A program made the translations under genes and the position numbers. The notes under the pieces were generated by a model, which was not told the DNA's origin, searched no databases, and saw only the letters and a program-made list of their open reading frames with translations. Shown piece by piece: positions 28,524 to 37,879 of a stretch of 48,206 nt of DNA; within the stretch, counting starts at the first letter, position 1, and each line of letters opens with the position of its first letter. The stretch comes from Acetofilamentum sp. (lineage in GTDB: Bacteria; Bacteroidota; Bacteroidia; Bacteroidales; DTU049): contig DYON01000001.1 of the NCBI GenBank assembly GCA_020720525.1, positions 1 through 48,206 of the forward strand, read 5' to 3'.

Positions 28524-30263
28524 TTAGCGACGACCACCTGAACTACTACCCGACGATCTTGACGAACTGCTCGATGAAGAACTACCCGACGAAGAGCTGC
28601 CCGACGATCTTGTAGAACTTGATCCTGAAGAACTTGAGCTGCTGCTTGGACGTGAATAGCTCGATCCTGAAGAACTTGAACCGCTGCTGCTTGAACCGCT
28701 TGGGCGTGAGTAGCTTGATCCAGATGAGCTTGAACTGCTACTTGGACGTGAGTAAGAATTTCCAGAGCTACTGCTGCTAGAGCTACTTGGACGCGAATAG
28801 GTGCTTCCCGAGTTGTTGTTGCTTGAGCCGTTGCTTGGGCGTGTTGTAGTTCCCGAGGAACTTGGGCTCTGATAACTCGATGAATTACTCGGCCTTTGGT
28901 AAGTATTGTTGCTAGGGCTGTTGTATTCGTTGCTCGATTGAGGTTTTGTGTAGCTTGGCGATGTGTACTGCTGAACAGGGCGCTGATATGTGTTGTTGCT
29001 GTTTGTGTTGGTTGAGCCACTATTATTGGTAGGGTCGTTCTGTCTAATAGTAGTGTTGTTCGGCGTTCCTGTATTGGTAGAGTTGTTTGGGCGAACGTAG
29101 TTGTTGTTGGTGGTAGTTGTAGTTGTGCCTGTATTGTTAGGACGCACGGTTGTTGAGCTGCTGTTGGTAGCTGTTGTGTTAGAATTGTTCGGACGAATGG
29201 TAGTAACATTGTTGTTTGTAGTTGTTCCAGTATTATTTGGGCGAACAGTGGTAGTATTGTTGTTACTTGTTACACCAGTATTATTAGGACGAACAGTTGT
29301 GGAGCTATTGGTTGCTGTAGTAGTTGTATTTGGACGGTCGATGAATTTTGAAGTACTTGCTCCCGAACTTATGCCGTTGTTGTTTACTGTTTCATTAGTG
29401 GCAAATGCCTCGTAACGATCGCCAAAACTCAATGAAGTAGTGGTTTGTGGGGTGCCACCATTTGTTGGTCTAGGGTTGGTTGATGCGCCACTTATGTAAT
29501 CGCGTGGACCGTAGTAGATATTATTGTTGGAGTTGTAGTCGTAGCTATTGTAGTAGTAACCACTGTTTCCATAATAACCATCGTGGTATCCATCCCAGTA
29601 GCCATTGTTATATCCATTCCAGTAGCCATTGTTGTAACCATTGTTGTATCCCCAATAGTAGCTGCTGTAGTATGGGTAGCTATGTCCCCAGTATCCACCG
29701 TACGAAGGATAACCCCATCCGTAGTGGCTGTAATATGGGCTGTACCATCCCCAGTAGTGATTATGATGGTAAGGTCTCCACCACCATGAGTAAGTTGAAT
29801 AAACCGACACACCATAATAATAAGGATCGTTGGTGTACCAGTACATATTAGTGTAGTATGGATCGTAGTAGTCGTATCCGTACGAGCTGCTATAGAATCT
29901 ACGAAGCCTTGTGCTGTATTCGTAGTCGTAATAGTCGCCATAGTAATTGTTGGTTACATGCGATGAGCCATCGTCTCCAATATAAGATTCGGTTGTTGAT
30001 TTGTTTCCTCCGGTGTTGTCGTAACCGGAATTTTCATCCGAGTAAACTTTGTCGGATGGTTGCGTTTCGTCGTTGGTTGACGAATTGTCGTATGTATTAT
30101 CGCTGTTGCCAGCCACCGCGTCGGTGTTGCTTGTTTTTGCCACAGCATCGCTTTTGGAAAAATACACATCATCGTAAGGGTTTGCTGTGTAATGATTTAC
30201 GGTACAGCCGGAGAACATGAGGACTATTGCCGCAAAAACTGAAAAAAAGATTGTCCGTTTCAT
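28524..30263 (-). CDS. Low-complexity lipoprotein: D/N/S/T-rich head, Tyr/Trp/Gly/Asn-rich core, T/N- then S-rich R-P repeat tail
   Basis: 579 aa from ATG 30263 ([20 protein letters not shown], lipobox-like FSGC). The open frame is kept across 1.7 kb of repeats. Lies 38 nt upstream of the barrel gene and divergent from proS. The ORF-track start at 30392 would overlap proS and lacks a signal peptide. Confidence 0.75.
   Translation of the reverse strand: MKRTIFFSVFAAIVLMFSGCTVNHYTANPYDDVYFSKSDAVAKTSNTDAVAGNSDNTYDNSSTNDETQPSDKVYSDENSGYDNTGGNKSTTESYIGDDGSSHVTNNYYGDYYDYEYSTRLRRFYSSSYGYDYYDPYYTNMYWYTNDPYYYGVSVYSTYSWWWRPYHHNHYWGWYSPYYSHYGWGYPSYGGYWGHSYPYYSSYYWGYNNGYNNGYWNGYNNGYWDGYHDGYYGNSGYYYNSYDYNSNNNIYYGPRDYISGASTNPRPTNGGTPQTTTSLSFGDRYEAFATNETVNNNGISSGASTSKFIDRPNTTTTATNSSTTVRPNNTGVTSNNNTTTVRPNNTGTTTNNNVTTIRPNNSNTTATNSSSTTVRPNNTGTTTTTTNNNYVRPNNSTNTGTPNNTTIRQNDPTNNSGSTNTNSNNTYQRPVQQYTSPSYTKPQSSNEYNSPSNNTYQRPSNSSSYQSPSSSGTTTRPSNGSSNNNSGSTYSRPSSSSSSSSGNSYSRPSSSSSSSGSSYSRPSGSSSSGSSSSGSSYSRPSSSSSSSGSSSTRSSGSSSSGSSSSSSSSRSSGSSSGGRR
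28527..29348 (-). repeat. Coding tandem-repeat region: about 17 degenerate 14-18-aa units, each with a single Arg (mostly x-R-P)
   Basis: Units such as TTVRPNNTG(T/N)n, TYQRPSN... and [13 protein letters not shown]. My Arg-to-Arg spacings are 15,16,16,17,17,16,21,29,18,16,15,14,18,14,17. At DNA level the copies are imperfect and use mixed Ser codons. Confidence 0.8.
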
Positions 30264-30329
30264 ATTAATTTCCTCCGAAATTTTATTGTTACTTTTGTTT
30301 CGCGAAATAAAACCAAATATCATACCAAA

Positions 30330-31802
30330 ATGGGGAGCAAAATCACTTCGAGAGCAGAAAATTATTCTCAATGGTACATCGACATTGTTCAAAACGCTGG
30401 GTTAGCCGAGAATTCGGCAGTACGCGGGTGCATGGTGATAAAGCCATACGGGTTTGCCATCTGGGAAAAGATGCGCGATGTGTTAGACAAGATGTTTAAA
30501 GATACTGGGCATCAGAACGCCTACTTTCCAATTTTCATACCCAAATCGTTCTTTTCTAAAGAAGCAAGCCATGTTGAAGGATTTGCTAAAGAATGTGCGG
30601 TGGTAACTCACTATCGGTTGAAAAATGCACCAGATGGTTCTGGAATTGTTGTTGACGAAGATGCTAAACTTGAAGAAGAATTGATTGTTCGGCCCACATC
30701 TGAAACAATTATTTGGGATACCTACCGCGATTGGATTCAGTCGTACCGCGATTTACCATTGCTTATCAATCAGTGGGCAAACGTAGTTCGATGGGAAATG
30801 CGCACCCGATTGTTTCTTCGAACAGCTGAGTTTTTATGGCAGGAAGGCCATACAGCCCATGCTACTCAAAAAGAAGCCGTCGAAGAAGCCGAGCGCATGC
30901 TTGATGTGTATGCTACTTTTGCCGAAGATTGGATGGCAATGCCTGTACTTCGAGGTGTGAAATCGGCAAATGAACGATTTGCTGGAGCAGTTGAAACCTA
31001 TTGTATTGAAGCATTGATGCAAGACGGAAAAGCATTGCAGGCAGGAACATCGCATTTTTTAGGACAGAATTTTGCAAAAGCATTTGATGTGAAATTCTTA
31101 AGTAAGGAGAATCAGCAGGAATACGTTTGGGCAACTTCGTGGGGAGTTTCTACTCGATTGATTGGAGCCTTGATAATGACTCATAGCGACGACAAAGGCT
31201 TGGTGTTGCCTCCGACACTTGCGCCAATTCAGGTAGTGCTTGTTCCAATTCTCAAAAAGGAAAAGCAAACTCCTTTGATATTGAATTATTTGCGCGAAAT
31301 TGAAGCCGAACTCAAAAATGCTGGCATTTCAGTAAAACTTGATGATAGTGATAACTACTCACCTGGATGGAAATTTGCAGAATACGAAATGAAAGGTGTC
31401 CCATTGCGTATTGCGGTTGGTGAGCGCGATTTAGAGGGCAATAATCTTGAAATAGCGCGTCGAGATAATTTTGCAAAAGAGATTGTTTCGCGCGAAGGAA
31501 TTGCCGATAGGGTTATTGCCATGCTGGTCGATATTCAAAGCAATTTGTTTCAGCGGGCATCGGCTTTCAGGGCAGAAAGTTCGCATACGGTTGATAGCTG
31601 GGCTGAGTTTGTTGATGTACTCGAAAACAAAGGTGGCTTTGTGTATGCACATTGGGATGGGACCTCCGAAACAGAAGAGAAAATCAAGGAAATGACGAAG
31701 GCTACAATTAGATTGATTCCTTTTGGCGAAGGAGAATCTGGGAAATGTGTACTCACCGGAAATCCATCTGCTCGCAGGGTGGTTTTTGCTAAAGCATACT
31801 AA
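30330..31802 (+). CDS. proS: Proline--tRNA ligase (archaeal/eukaryote-like type)
   Basis: 490 aa. Class II aaRS motifs: [31 protein letters not shown]-terminal zinc-binding-like domain ending ...RRVVFAKAY. Confidence 0.95.
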   Translation: MGSKITSRAENYSQWYIDIVQNAGLAENSAVRGCMVIKPYGFAIWEKMRDVLDKMFKDTGHQNAYFPIFIPKSFFSKEASHVEGFAKECAVVTHYRLKNAPDGSGIVVDEDAKLEEELIVRPTSETIIWDTYRDWIQSYRDLPLLINQWANVVRWEMRTRLFLRTAEFLWQEGHTAHATQKEAVEEAERMLDVYATFAEDWMAMPVLRGVKSANERFAGAVETYCIEALMQDGKALQAGTSHFLGQNFAKAFDVKFLSKENQQEYVWATSWGVSTRLIGALIMTHSDDKGLVLPPTLAPIQVVLVPILKKEKQTPLILNYLREIEAELKNAGISVKLDDSDNYSPGWKFAEYEMKGVPLRIAVGERDLEGNNLEIARRDNFAKEIVSREGIADRVIAMLVDIQSNLFQRASAFRAESSHTVDSWAEFVDVLENKGGFVYAHWDGTSETEEKIKEMTKATIRLIPFGEGESGKCVLTGNPSARRVVFAKAY

Positions 31803-31803
31803 A

Positions 31804-32571
31804 ATGGAAAAGAAACTTGCTGAATTCAGACGGCTGATAGAAATCATGGATCGTTTGCGGCTTGAATGCCCGTGGGATCAAAAGCAGACCAACGAAACCC
31901 TTCGCTATCTTACCATTGAAGAAATGTATGAGTTGGGCGATGCTGTTTTAGAAAAAGACGACGATGGGATTATGAGGGAATTGGGCGACCTCATGCTTCA
32001 TATTGTTTTCTATGCGAAAATTGGAGAAGAGAAAAACGCATTTAATATGGGTGATGTTTTGGCTTCGATTAACGAAAAGCTAATCCGACGACATCCGCAT
32101 GTTTTTGGCGACACCACCGTTACGGGCGAAGACGAAGTGAAAGCCAACTGGGAAAAGATTAAAATGGGCGAAGGTCGCAAAAGCGTACTCGAAGGAGTTC
32201 CGGCAGGATTGCCAGCTATGGTTAAAGCATTCCGAATTCAAGAAAAAGTGAAAGGTGTTGGCTTTGAATGGGAAGAGACCGATCAGGTTTGGGATAAAGT
32301 GAAAGAGGAACTCAATGAGTTGGAGGTTGAAGTGAACTCTAAATCGGCCTTGGATAAAATAGAAGATGAATTTGGAGATGTTTTATTTTCGCTTGTGAAT
32401 TATGCTCGTTTTATTGGAGTGAATCCAGAGAATGCTCTTGAGCGCACCAACAAAAAATTCATACAGAGGTTCAAATTTATCGAAGAAACAGCTACTGACA
32501 TGGGTAAGTCGTTGAACGATATGTCGTTGGCTGAAATGGATGCTATTTGGGTGAAAGCAAAAAAACATTAG
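31804..32571 (+). CDS. mazG: Nucleoside triphosphate pyrophosphohydrolase MazG
   Basis: 255 aa from ATG 31804, 1 nt after the proS stop. Two MazG EExxE/D motifs (TIEEMYELGDA...ELGDLMLHIVF and EDEFGDVLFSLVNYARF), plus RRHPHVFG. Confidence 0.92.
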   Translation: MEKKLAEFRRLIEIMDRLRLECPWDQKQTNETLRYLTIEEMYELGDAVLEKDDDGIMRELGDLMLHIVFYAKIGEEKNAFNMGDVLASINEKLIRRHPHVFGDTTVTGEDEVKANWEKIKMGEGRKSVLEGVPAGLPAMVKAFRIQEKVKGVGFEWEETDQVWDKVKEELNELEVEVNSKSALDKIEDEFGDVLFSLVNYARFIGVNPENALERTNKKFIQRFKFIEETATDMGKSLNDMSLAEMDAIWVKAKKH

Positions 32572-32649
32572 AAGTGTGTTTTTGATATTATAACGTGATA
32601 TTGTCGTTTTTTTACATAGTTTTCGTATTTATACGTTAGTAGATTGTTG

Positions 32650-32657
32650 TATTTTTG
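32650..32657 (+). promoter_or_regulatory. Candidate -7 box (TATTTTTG) for the amidase-CUB gene
   Basis: Fits TAnnTTTG, 21 nt upstream of ATG 32679. No clear -33 element. Confidence 0.3.
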
Positions 32658-32678
32658 CAAGTAATTATTGCAATTATT

Positions 32679-35600
32679 ATGAAGCTGAATTATTATGTAA
32701 TGATAGTGCTTATGTTGGTGCTATCTGGGGGTGTTTGTGCGCAACGTGAGTCTGAAATTGACCAGCAGATTTTTGATACACAATACAATAGCTATAAACA
32801 GTTGGAAAGTTTTTTCAACGATGCTTACATTCAATATCCCAATGTTCCTCGTGGAGCTATAGAAGCCGTTTCGTTTGTGAATACTCGTTTTTATAATATA
32901 ACGGTTAGTTCCGACACATCTTGCACAGGGATGCCTCAGTACCTAGGAGTAATGGGTTTAATTTTCGACGGGAAAGGATATTTCAAAGAAAATGGAAATT
33001 TTGTTGCATCTATAAACAAAACCGATCAAACAGAAATGATGAAATCGGTTCGAAATCAGATTCTTTATTGGACTTGTGCTTTCGATAGTATTTCTCGGAG
33101 GATGAGCATTTCTGGAAGCGATATAAAATTGTATTTGCCAGTATTTGTTGAGTTGAGCGAAATTCCTTGGGTTGAAGGCGATCAAACAAATGCTTTTGCA
33201 ATTGGGTCGCATTTGTATTCGGTTATTGATTTTCTGAATAGTAATACATGGCAACAAGTATGCGGGTTTGGAAATTATCTGATTGCACTTGACGATGTTT
33301 TTCCTGAAACGACGTTGCGCGTTTTGCAATCGCAGAAAGTGAATATGCTTCCCGATGGTACAGTTAGAAACAGTGAGGGAGTTGAGATGAGTGTAGTTGT
33401 TTTCAAAAGTACGTTATCGACTGATTATGCGCCCGCAATTTGGGATCCAACTACTTGCAATTATAGTTCAAGGAGTGGAACAGCTGTTTCTGCGTATGTT
33501 GTGCACACAGTTCAAGGTTCGTATGCAGGTTGTATTAGTTGGTTCAAAAACTGCTCTGCCGAAGCTAGCGCACATTATGTAATGCGCAGTAGCGACGGAC
33601 AAGTAACTCAAATGGTACTTGAGTCGAATAAAGCATGGCATGTGCGCGACGAAAATCCTTATACCATTGGAACCGAAATGGAAGGCTATGTAGATAATCC
33701 GGCATGGTACACACAGGCAGTTTATACAAGCCATAGCAATCTTGTGCGCGATGTTTGCAACAGTGGCTATGGAATTAATCCATTGCGAATGTTTTATCGC
33801 GACACTCTCGACAACGGAACAGCTCTCGATTATGGTGTTCATCCATTGGCAGGTTCTGCATATTGTGTCAAAATTGCTGGGCATCAGCATTATCCAAATA
33901 ATAATCACACCGATCCAGGTCCGAATTGGAATTGGGACTATTTTTTCAGATTGGTTAACAACAACCCAACTGTAACTACATATACAACTGCCAGCGGAAG
34001 TTTCTTTGATATAGGTGGATCGGCAGGAAGTTATGCAAACGACGAGCGAAAAGTTTGGACTATTGCGCCCTCTGGAGCTGGTTCGGTAACAATGGCATTT
34101 TCGGCATTCGACGTTGAAGATAATTACGATTTCCTGTACATTTATGATGGACCAGATGTTTTCAGTCCACGCATTGGGCGATATAATACCGTAGCACCAG
34201 GAACTGTGACTGCAAATAGTGGTGCTATGACCATTGAGTTCAGAAGCGATTGTGCAACAGTTGGTACAGGATGGTCGGCAACATGGAGCAGCACAACTCA
34301 AGATGCTATTTCGCCAACAACTGCTGTTTCTGCTGTTGGAAATTGGAAGACCGACGATTTTGTTGCAACTTATACCGACACAGATAATGCTGGTGGAAGT
34401 GGAGTGCAAAAGGGCTACTATCAGGTGCTCGAAAATCGGGGTGCAGAATGGCGTGCCAATGGTGCTATGGGCTTTTTTGCCGATAATTTCGACGCGGTCA
34501 TTCATCCCGACTGGACTTCGGCAGTTGGAACATGGGCAATTGCTTCGCAAACACTTTATCAGAGCGACACCATTCAAACCAATACCAATATTTATGCAGC
34601 TGTCGATCAAACCTTGTCGAATCGGAGCTTTTACAATTTCAGGGCAATGGTTCCTGGAAGCACAAATGTGAACAAAAGATTCGGGTTTCATTTTTTTGCC
34701 GACAACGCTAGCTTAACAAATCGAGGCAATGGATATTTTGTTTTCTTTCGCCTCGAGACCGATCAATTGGAATTCTACAAAGTTACGAGCGATGCTTTTA
34801 CACTTGAAAATACTATTACAGGAGTTGTTACCAATTTGAATCAGTGGTACGATTATAAGATTATTTATGATCGTATAACTGGTCAAACATGGGTTTATCG
34901 CGATGATATTTTGCTTGGAACATTCACCTACACCAGCCCATATAGCAGCAATGGCAACTATGTTTCGTTTAGAACTGGAAATGCCAGAGTGAATTTTGAT
35001 GAGTTGAAAATTTACAGAAGCCGAGCCACAAGTACAACTGTAACAGTTGGAAGTTTGGCATCGGACGATATTCGCTATCAAAATCCGTCGCCATTGGTAT
35101 ATGGTGCAAAAATAAAATCGATTTGTCAAGATTCGGCCGATAATATTTCGGCAGTTAATTATTACAATTTGAATGTCGATTTCACAGTACCCGACGATGT
35201 AGCATGGGTAAACGATGGCAATTCGGCTGACGAAGACGTGTCGAATAGTTCATCGTCGCTGACAGCCAATTGGCCTTCGTCGGTTGATGCAAATTCGGAT
35301 ATTTCGCATTATTTGGTTGCAGTTGGAACCACGGTCGGTGGAAATGAAGTTATTGGCTGGCTCAACAATGGCGCTGCGCTTTCGGCCAGTTTGAGTGGCT
35401 TGTCGCTTAGCCAAGGAACGACGTACTATTTTTCGGTAAAGGCAGTGAACAATGCAGGGCTCGAAAGCAATGTTATTACTAGCGACGGAATAGCAGTTGC
35501 AACTTCAACATTGGCTGGTTTTACTCTTTCGGCGCAACAGATATGCGAAGGTGACAGTATTCAGTTTTTCAATACAAGTGTTGGAGCAACCACTATTTTG

Positions 35601-36269
35601 TGGGAATTTGATGGTGGAATTCCAGCTACTTCAACACAGCAGAATCCTTATGTATATTATTCTGTTGCAGGTCAATACAGCGTTGCATTGCATGCATACG
35701 GAGTTGGCGATACTGCCAATTTGACAATTCCTGCAGTTGTAACTGTTCGTGCAAGCGCAAATGCATCGTTCGATGTAAGCGACACTGTTTTGTTTATACC
35801 TGATGCAATGGCTTTTTTCACAAACACAAGCCAGAATGCAATTTCGTATAGCTGGGATTTTGGTGATGGATTGGGCTGTACCGATGTAAATCCGTGGCAC
35901 TTATACAGCGACACAGGATGGTTTTCGGTGCAACTGGTTGCAACATCGGAGTATTGTGGCAGCGATACCTTGAATGAAAATTTGTTGATTTATGTAGCTT
36001 TTCCCGAAGGAATTTCGGAGTCCAATCGTGCAGATGTCTTCTTGTATCCAAACCCAGCAAATGGTTTTGTTGATGTTATTTTCAAATCAATGAATAGCAG
36101 CGCAGCAATTGTGAAGATTTATAATTCCGAAGGTCGATTGGTTTTTGAAACCGAAATTGCTGAGGGACAGAATAGAACTCGTGTGTCAACATCGGGATTT
36201 GCTGGTGGATTGTATCAGGTTCTTATTGAGGGAGAACAGTTGCTACGAATGCCTTTGATTGTGAGATAG
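32679..36269 (+). CDS. T9SS-secreted N-acetylmuramoyl-L-alanine amidase (Amidase_2/PGRP-type) fused to CUB, LamG/ConA-like, FN3 and two PKD domains
   Basis: 1196 aa from ATG 32679 (MKLNYYVMIVLMLVLSGGVCAQ). Amidase_2 motifs: YVVHTVQGSY...SAHYVM...AWHV...GHQHYPNNNHTDPGPNWNW. CUB-like: DNYDFLYIYDGPD. PKD: WEFDGG..., WDFGDGLG.... Sorting tail: LYPNPANGFVDVIF...GLYQVLIEGEQLLRMPLIVR. Confidence 0.85.
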   Translation: MKLNYYVMIVLMLVLSGGVCAQRESEIDQQIFDTQYNSYKQLESFFNDAYIQYPNVPRGAIEAVSFVNTRFYNITVSSDTSCTGMPQYLGVMGLIFDGKGYFKENGNFVASINKTDQTEMMKSVRNQILYWTCAFDSISRRMSISGSDIKLYLPVFVELSEIPWVEGDQTNAFAIGSHLYSVIDFLNSNTWQQVCGFGNYLIALDDVFPETTLRVLQSQKVNMLPDGTVRNSEGVEMSVVVFKSTLSTDYAPAIWDPTTCNYSSRSGTAVSAYVVHTVQGSYAGCISWFKNCSAEASAHYVMRSSDGQVTQMVLESNKAWHVRDENPYTIGTEMEGYVDNPAWYTQAVYTSHSNLVRDVCNSGYGINPLRMFYRDTLDNGTALDYGVHPLAGSAYCVKIAGHQHYPNNNHTDPGPNWNWDYFFRLVNNNPTVTTYTTASGSFFDIGGSAGSYANDERKVWTIAPSGAGSVTMAFSAFDVEDNYDFLYIYDGPDVFSPRIGRYNTVAPGTVTANSGAMTIEFRSDCATVGTGWSATWSSTTQDAISPTTAVSAVGNWKTDDFVATYTDTDNAGGSGVQKGYYQVLENRGAEWRANGAMGFFADNFDAVIHPDWTSAVGTWAIASQTLYQSDTIQTNTNIYAAVDQTLSNRSFYNFRAMVPGSTNVNKRFGFHFFADNASLTNRGNGYFVFFRLETDQLEFYKVTSDAFTLENTITGVVTNLNQWYDYKIIYDRITGQTWVYRDDILLGTFTYTSPYSSNGNYVSFRTGNARVNFDELKIYRSRATSTTVTVGSLASDDIRYQNPSPLVYGAKIKSICQDSADNISAVNYYNLNVDFTVPDDVAWVNDGNSADEDVSNSSSSLTANWPSSVDANSDISHYLVAVGTTVGGNEVIGWLNNGAALSASLSGLSLSQGTTYYFSVKAVNNAGLESNVITSDGIAVATSTLAGFTLSAQQICEGDSIQFFNTSVGATTILWEFDGGIPATSTQQNPYVYYSVAGQYSVALHAYGVGDTANLTIPAVVTVRASANASFDVSDTVLFIPDAMAFFTNTSQNAISYSWDFGDGLGCTDVNPWHLYSDTGWFSVQLVATSEYCGSDTLNENLLIYVAFPEGISESNRADVFLYPNPANGFVDVIFKSMNSSAAIVKIYNSEGRLVFETEIAEGQNRTRVSTSGFAGGLYQVLIEGEQLLRMPLIVR

Positions 36270-36304
36270 CAATTCTTTGTTACTGAGAATTCGGAATCGT
36301 TTTA

Positions 36305-37021
36305 TTATTCAAAAGTAAAGCACAGCCAAAATATTTTTGACCGAAGCGATTCGATGTTGTTGGTGTAAATGGTATTTTCTCTTTTTAGCATATCGGGAAT
36401 CCCATACGACATTCGCAGTTCTACACCAAATTTGAAATATTCGAGATATATTTCAAAACCAGTTCCAAGCTCCACAGAGAAATCGTTTGGAAGGAGTTTT
36501 AGAAATGCGTCGTCTTCTTGTTTCTTTTTGGATTGCGATGCCAAATCGATACTGTATTTTCCACCAAAAAGCACATAGGCTCTGAAATTGTTGATTCGAT
36601 TGGTTTTGTATTTAAAAAGTAGTGGAAAATCAAGAAATGTAGATTCTGTTTTTTTTGTAACAGAGAATACTGAATCGAGATAGGACTGGTAAATTTCATA
36701 ATGGATATTTCGCCCACCAAACGATAAGCCAGGAACAAATCGGAGGTTGAGATTGTTGCCAATGCGTAGATCGGACACAATGGCTATTTGAAATCCATAT
36801 TGCGATTCGGGAATAACAGTTAATACCGAGTCGGTTGAGGAGATCGATTCGGGTCGTTTAATTGTAAAATCCATATTGTTGAAGCCAAGTGTGAAACCGA
36901 AGTGAACGGTACGCATGTCGAAACGCGGCAGGTTCTCGATACCCTGATCTTGTGCCTTGACGGGCGAAAAAACAAGCAACAATAATACAGAAAATAAGAA
37001 ATATCGCAGCAATTGAATCAT
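36305..37021 (-). CDS. porT: PorT/SprT-like outer-membrane beta-barrel protein (T9SS/gliding accessory)
   Basis: 238 aa with a signal peptide. Motifs NLPRFDMRTVHFGFTLGFNNMDFTI, NLNLRFVPGLSF, FPLLFKYKTNRINNFRAYVLFGGKYSIDL and YFKFGVELR, ending CFTFE. These match my recollection of SprT/PorT. Not verified. Confidence 0.55.
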   Translation of the reverse strand: MIQLLRYFLFSVLLLLVFSPVKAQDQGIENLPRFDMRTVHFGFTLGFNNMDFTIKRPESISSTDSVLTVIPESQYGFQIAIVSDLRIGNNLNLRFVPGLSFGGRNIHYEIYQSYLDSVFSVTKKTESTFLDFPLLFKYKTNRINNFRAYVLFGGKYSIDLASQSKKKQEDDAFLKLLPNDFSVELGTGFEIYLEYFKFGVELRMSYGIPDMLKRENTIYTNNIESLRSKIFWLCFTFE

Positions 37022-37133
37022 TAAAATCGTTGAAGTTGATGTGATAATAACTGCAAAATTACGAATATATTACTTGTTGGTTTTGTTTGTCGATTTTTTC
37101 GTGATTTCTTTTTGGATTGATTATCTTTACGGT

Positions 37134-37700
37134 ATGATAGCAGGAATATCGGCGGCAATTTTGAGTGGAGGAAACAACTTGCGCAATGGTGGTCGCCCCA
37201 AGTGTTTTGAAACTATTGATGGAATGCGTGTGATAGACCATCAGCTGGCTGTTTTGCAATTGCTTTTCAGCGATATTGTGTTTGTGTCGCGCGAAGGCAA
37301 TTTGCTCGAACACACCGAAGGCGTTAGAGAAGTTTCCGATGTCTTTCCTGGGCAGGGTCCGCTTGCGGGAATTCATGCCGCGCTCATTCATGTTGAAAAT
37401 CATGCTGTTTTTGTTGTAGCCGCCGATATGCCTTTTCTCGAAAAGGTGGTAATTGAAGACTTGTATGCTGAATTTAAACGAAGTGGCGCAAAAATATTTC
37501 TACCATATCTTAGAAGTGGTTTTGAACCGCTGCACGCATTTTATAGCACCGATATTGTTGGACAAGTAGAAGAATGTATTGCTGGAGGACGTAGCCCCAG
37601 AATAATTTCGGTGTTGAAGAAAGTTTCTTATTCTGTTAAGTATTTCGATGCTCCTGTGCCTTCGTTTCGGAATATTAATGCGTTTTTGGGCAATGTTTAA
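37134..37700 (+). CDS. MobA-like molybdenum cofactor guanylyltransferase / NTP-transferase
   Basis: 188 aa from ATG 37134. GGNNLRNGGRPK aligns with the E. coli MobA loop GGKARRMGGVDK. Also GPLAGIHAAL and VVAADMPFL. The ORF-track N-terminal extension is hydrophobic junk. Confidence 0.7.
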   Translation: MIAGISAAILSGGNNLRNGGRPKCFETIDGMRVIDHQLAVLQLLFSDIVFVSREGNLLEHTEGVREVSDVFPGQGPLAGIHAALIHVENHAVFVVAADMPFLEKVVIEDLYAEFKRSGAKIFLPYLRSGFEPLHAFYSTDIVGQVEECIAGGRSPRIISVLKKVSYSVKYFDAPVPSFRNINAFLGNV

Positions 37701-37879
37701 AATCGTGATTCAATATATTCGCTTGTAGGCTGACTCTCGAAAGCTATTGGATTAGCGTGTTTTTTTATTTTAAAAGACTTGCAGTTGTTAGACACCTTTG
37801 TTGGACATCATTATGGTGCCTGACACCTAATATTTTAAAATAAGTTGCAAAAATCTTTTACCGATGTTGCGGGAATATC

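Noticed and set aside
28490-30220. Cluster of alternative-frame and antisense ORFs inside the low-complexity lipoprotein gene (28490..29209-, 29101..29415+, 29480..29851+, 29492..29941-, 29583..29789+, 29858..30220+, 29954..30172-)
   Set aside because: Repetitive, compositionally biased DNA lacks stop codons in several frames. Only the 28524..30263 frame has a signal peptide/lipobox and fits between its neighbours.
33468-34691. 407-aa ORF antisense to the amidase-CUB gene
   Set aside because: It lies wholly inside a well-supported multidomain gene on the other strand. Its composition is Cys/Ser/Ile-rich and unlike real proteins, it has no recognisable motifs, and it has no independent promoter or start context. 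It is most likely a stop-poor antisense frame.
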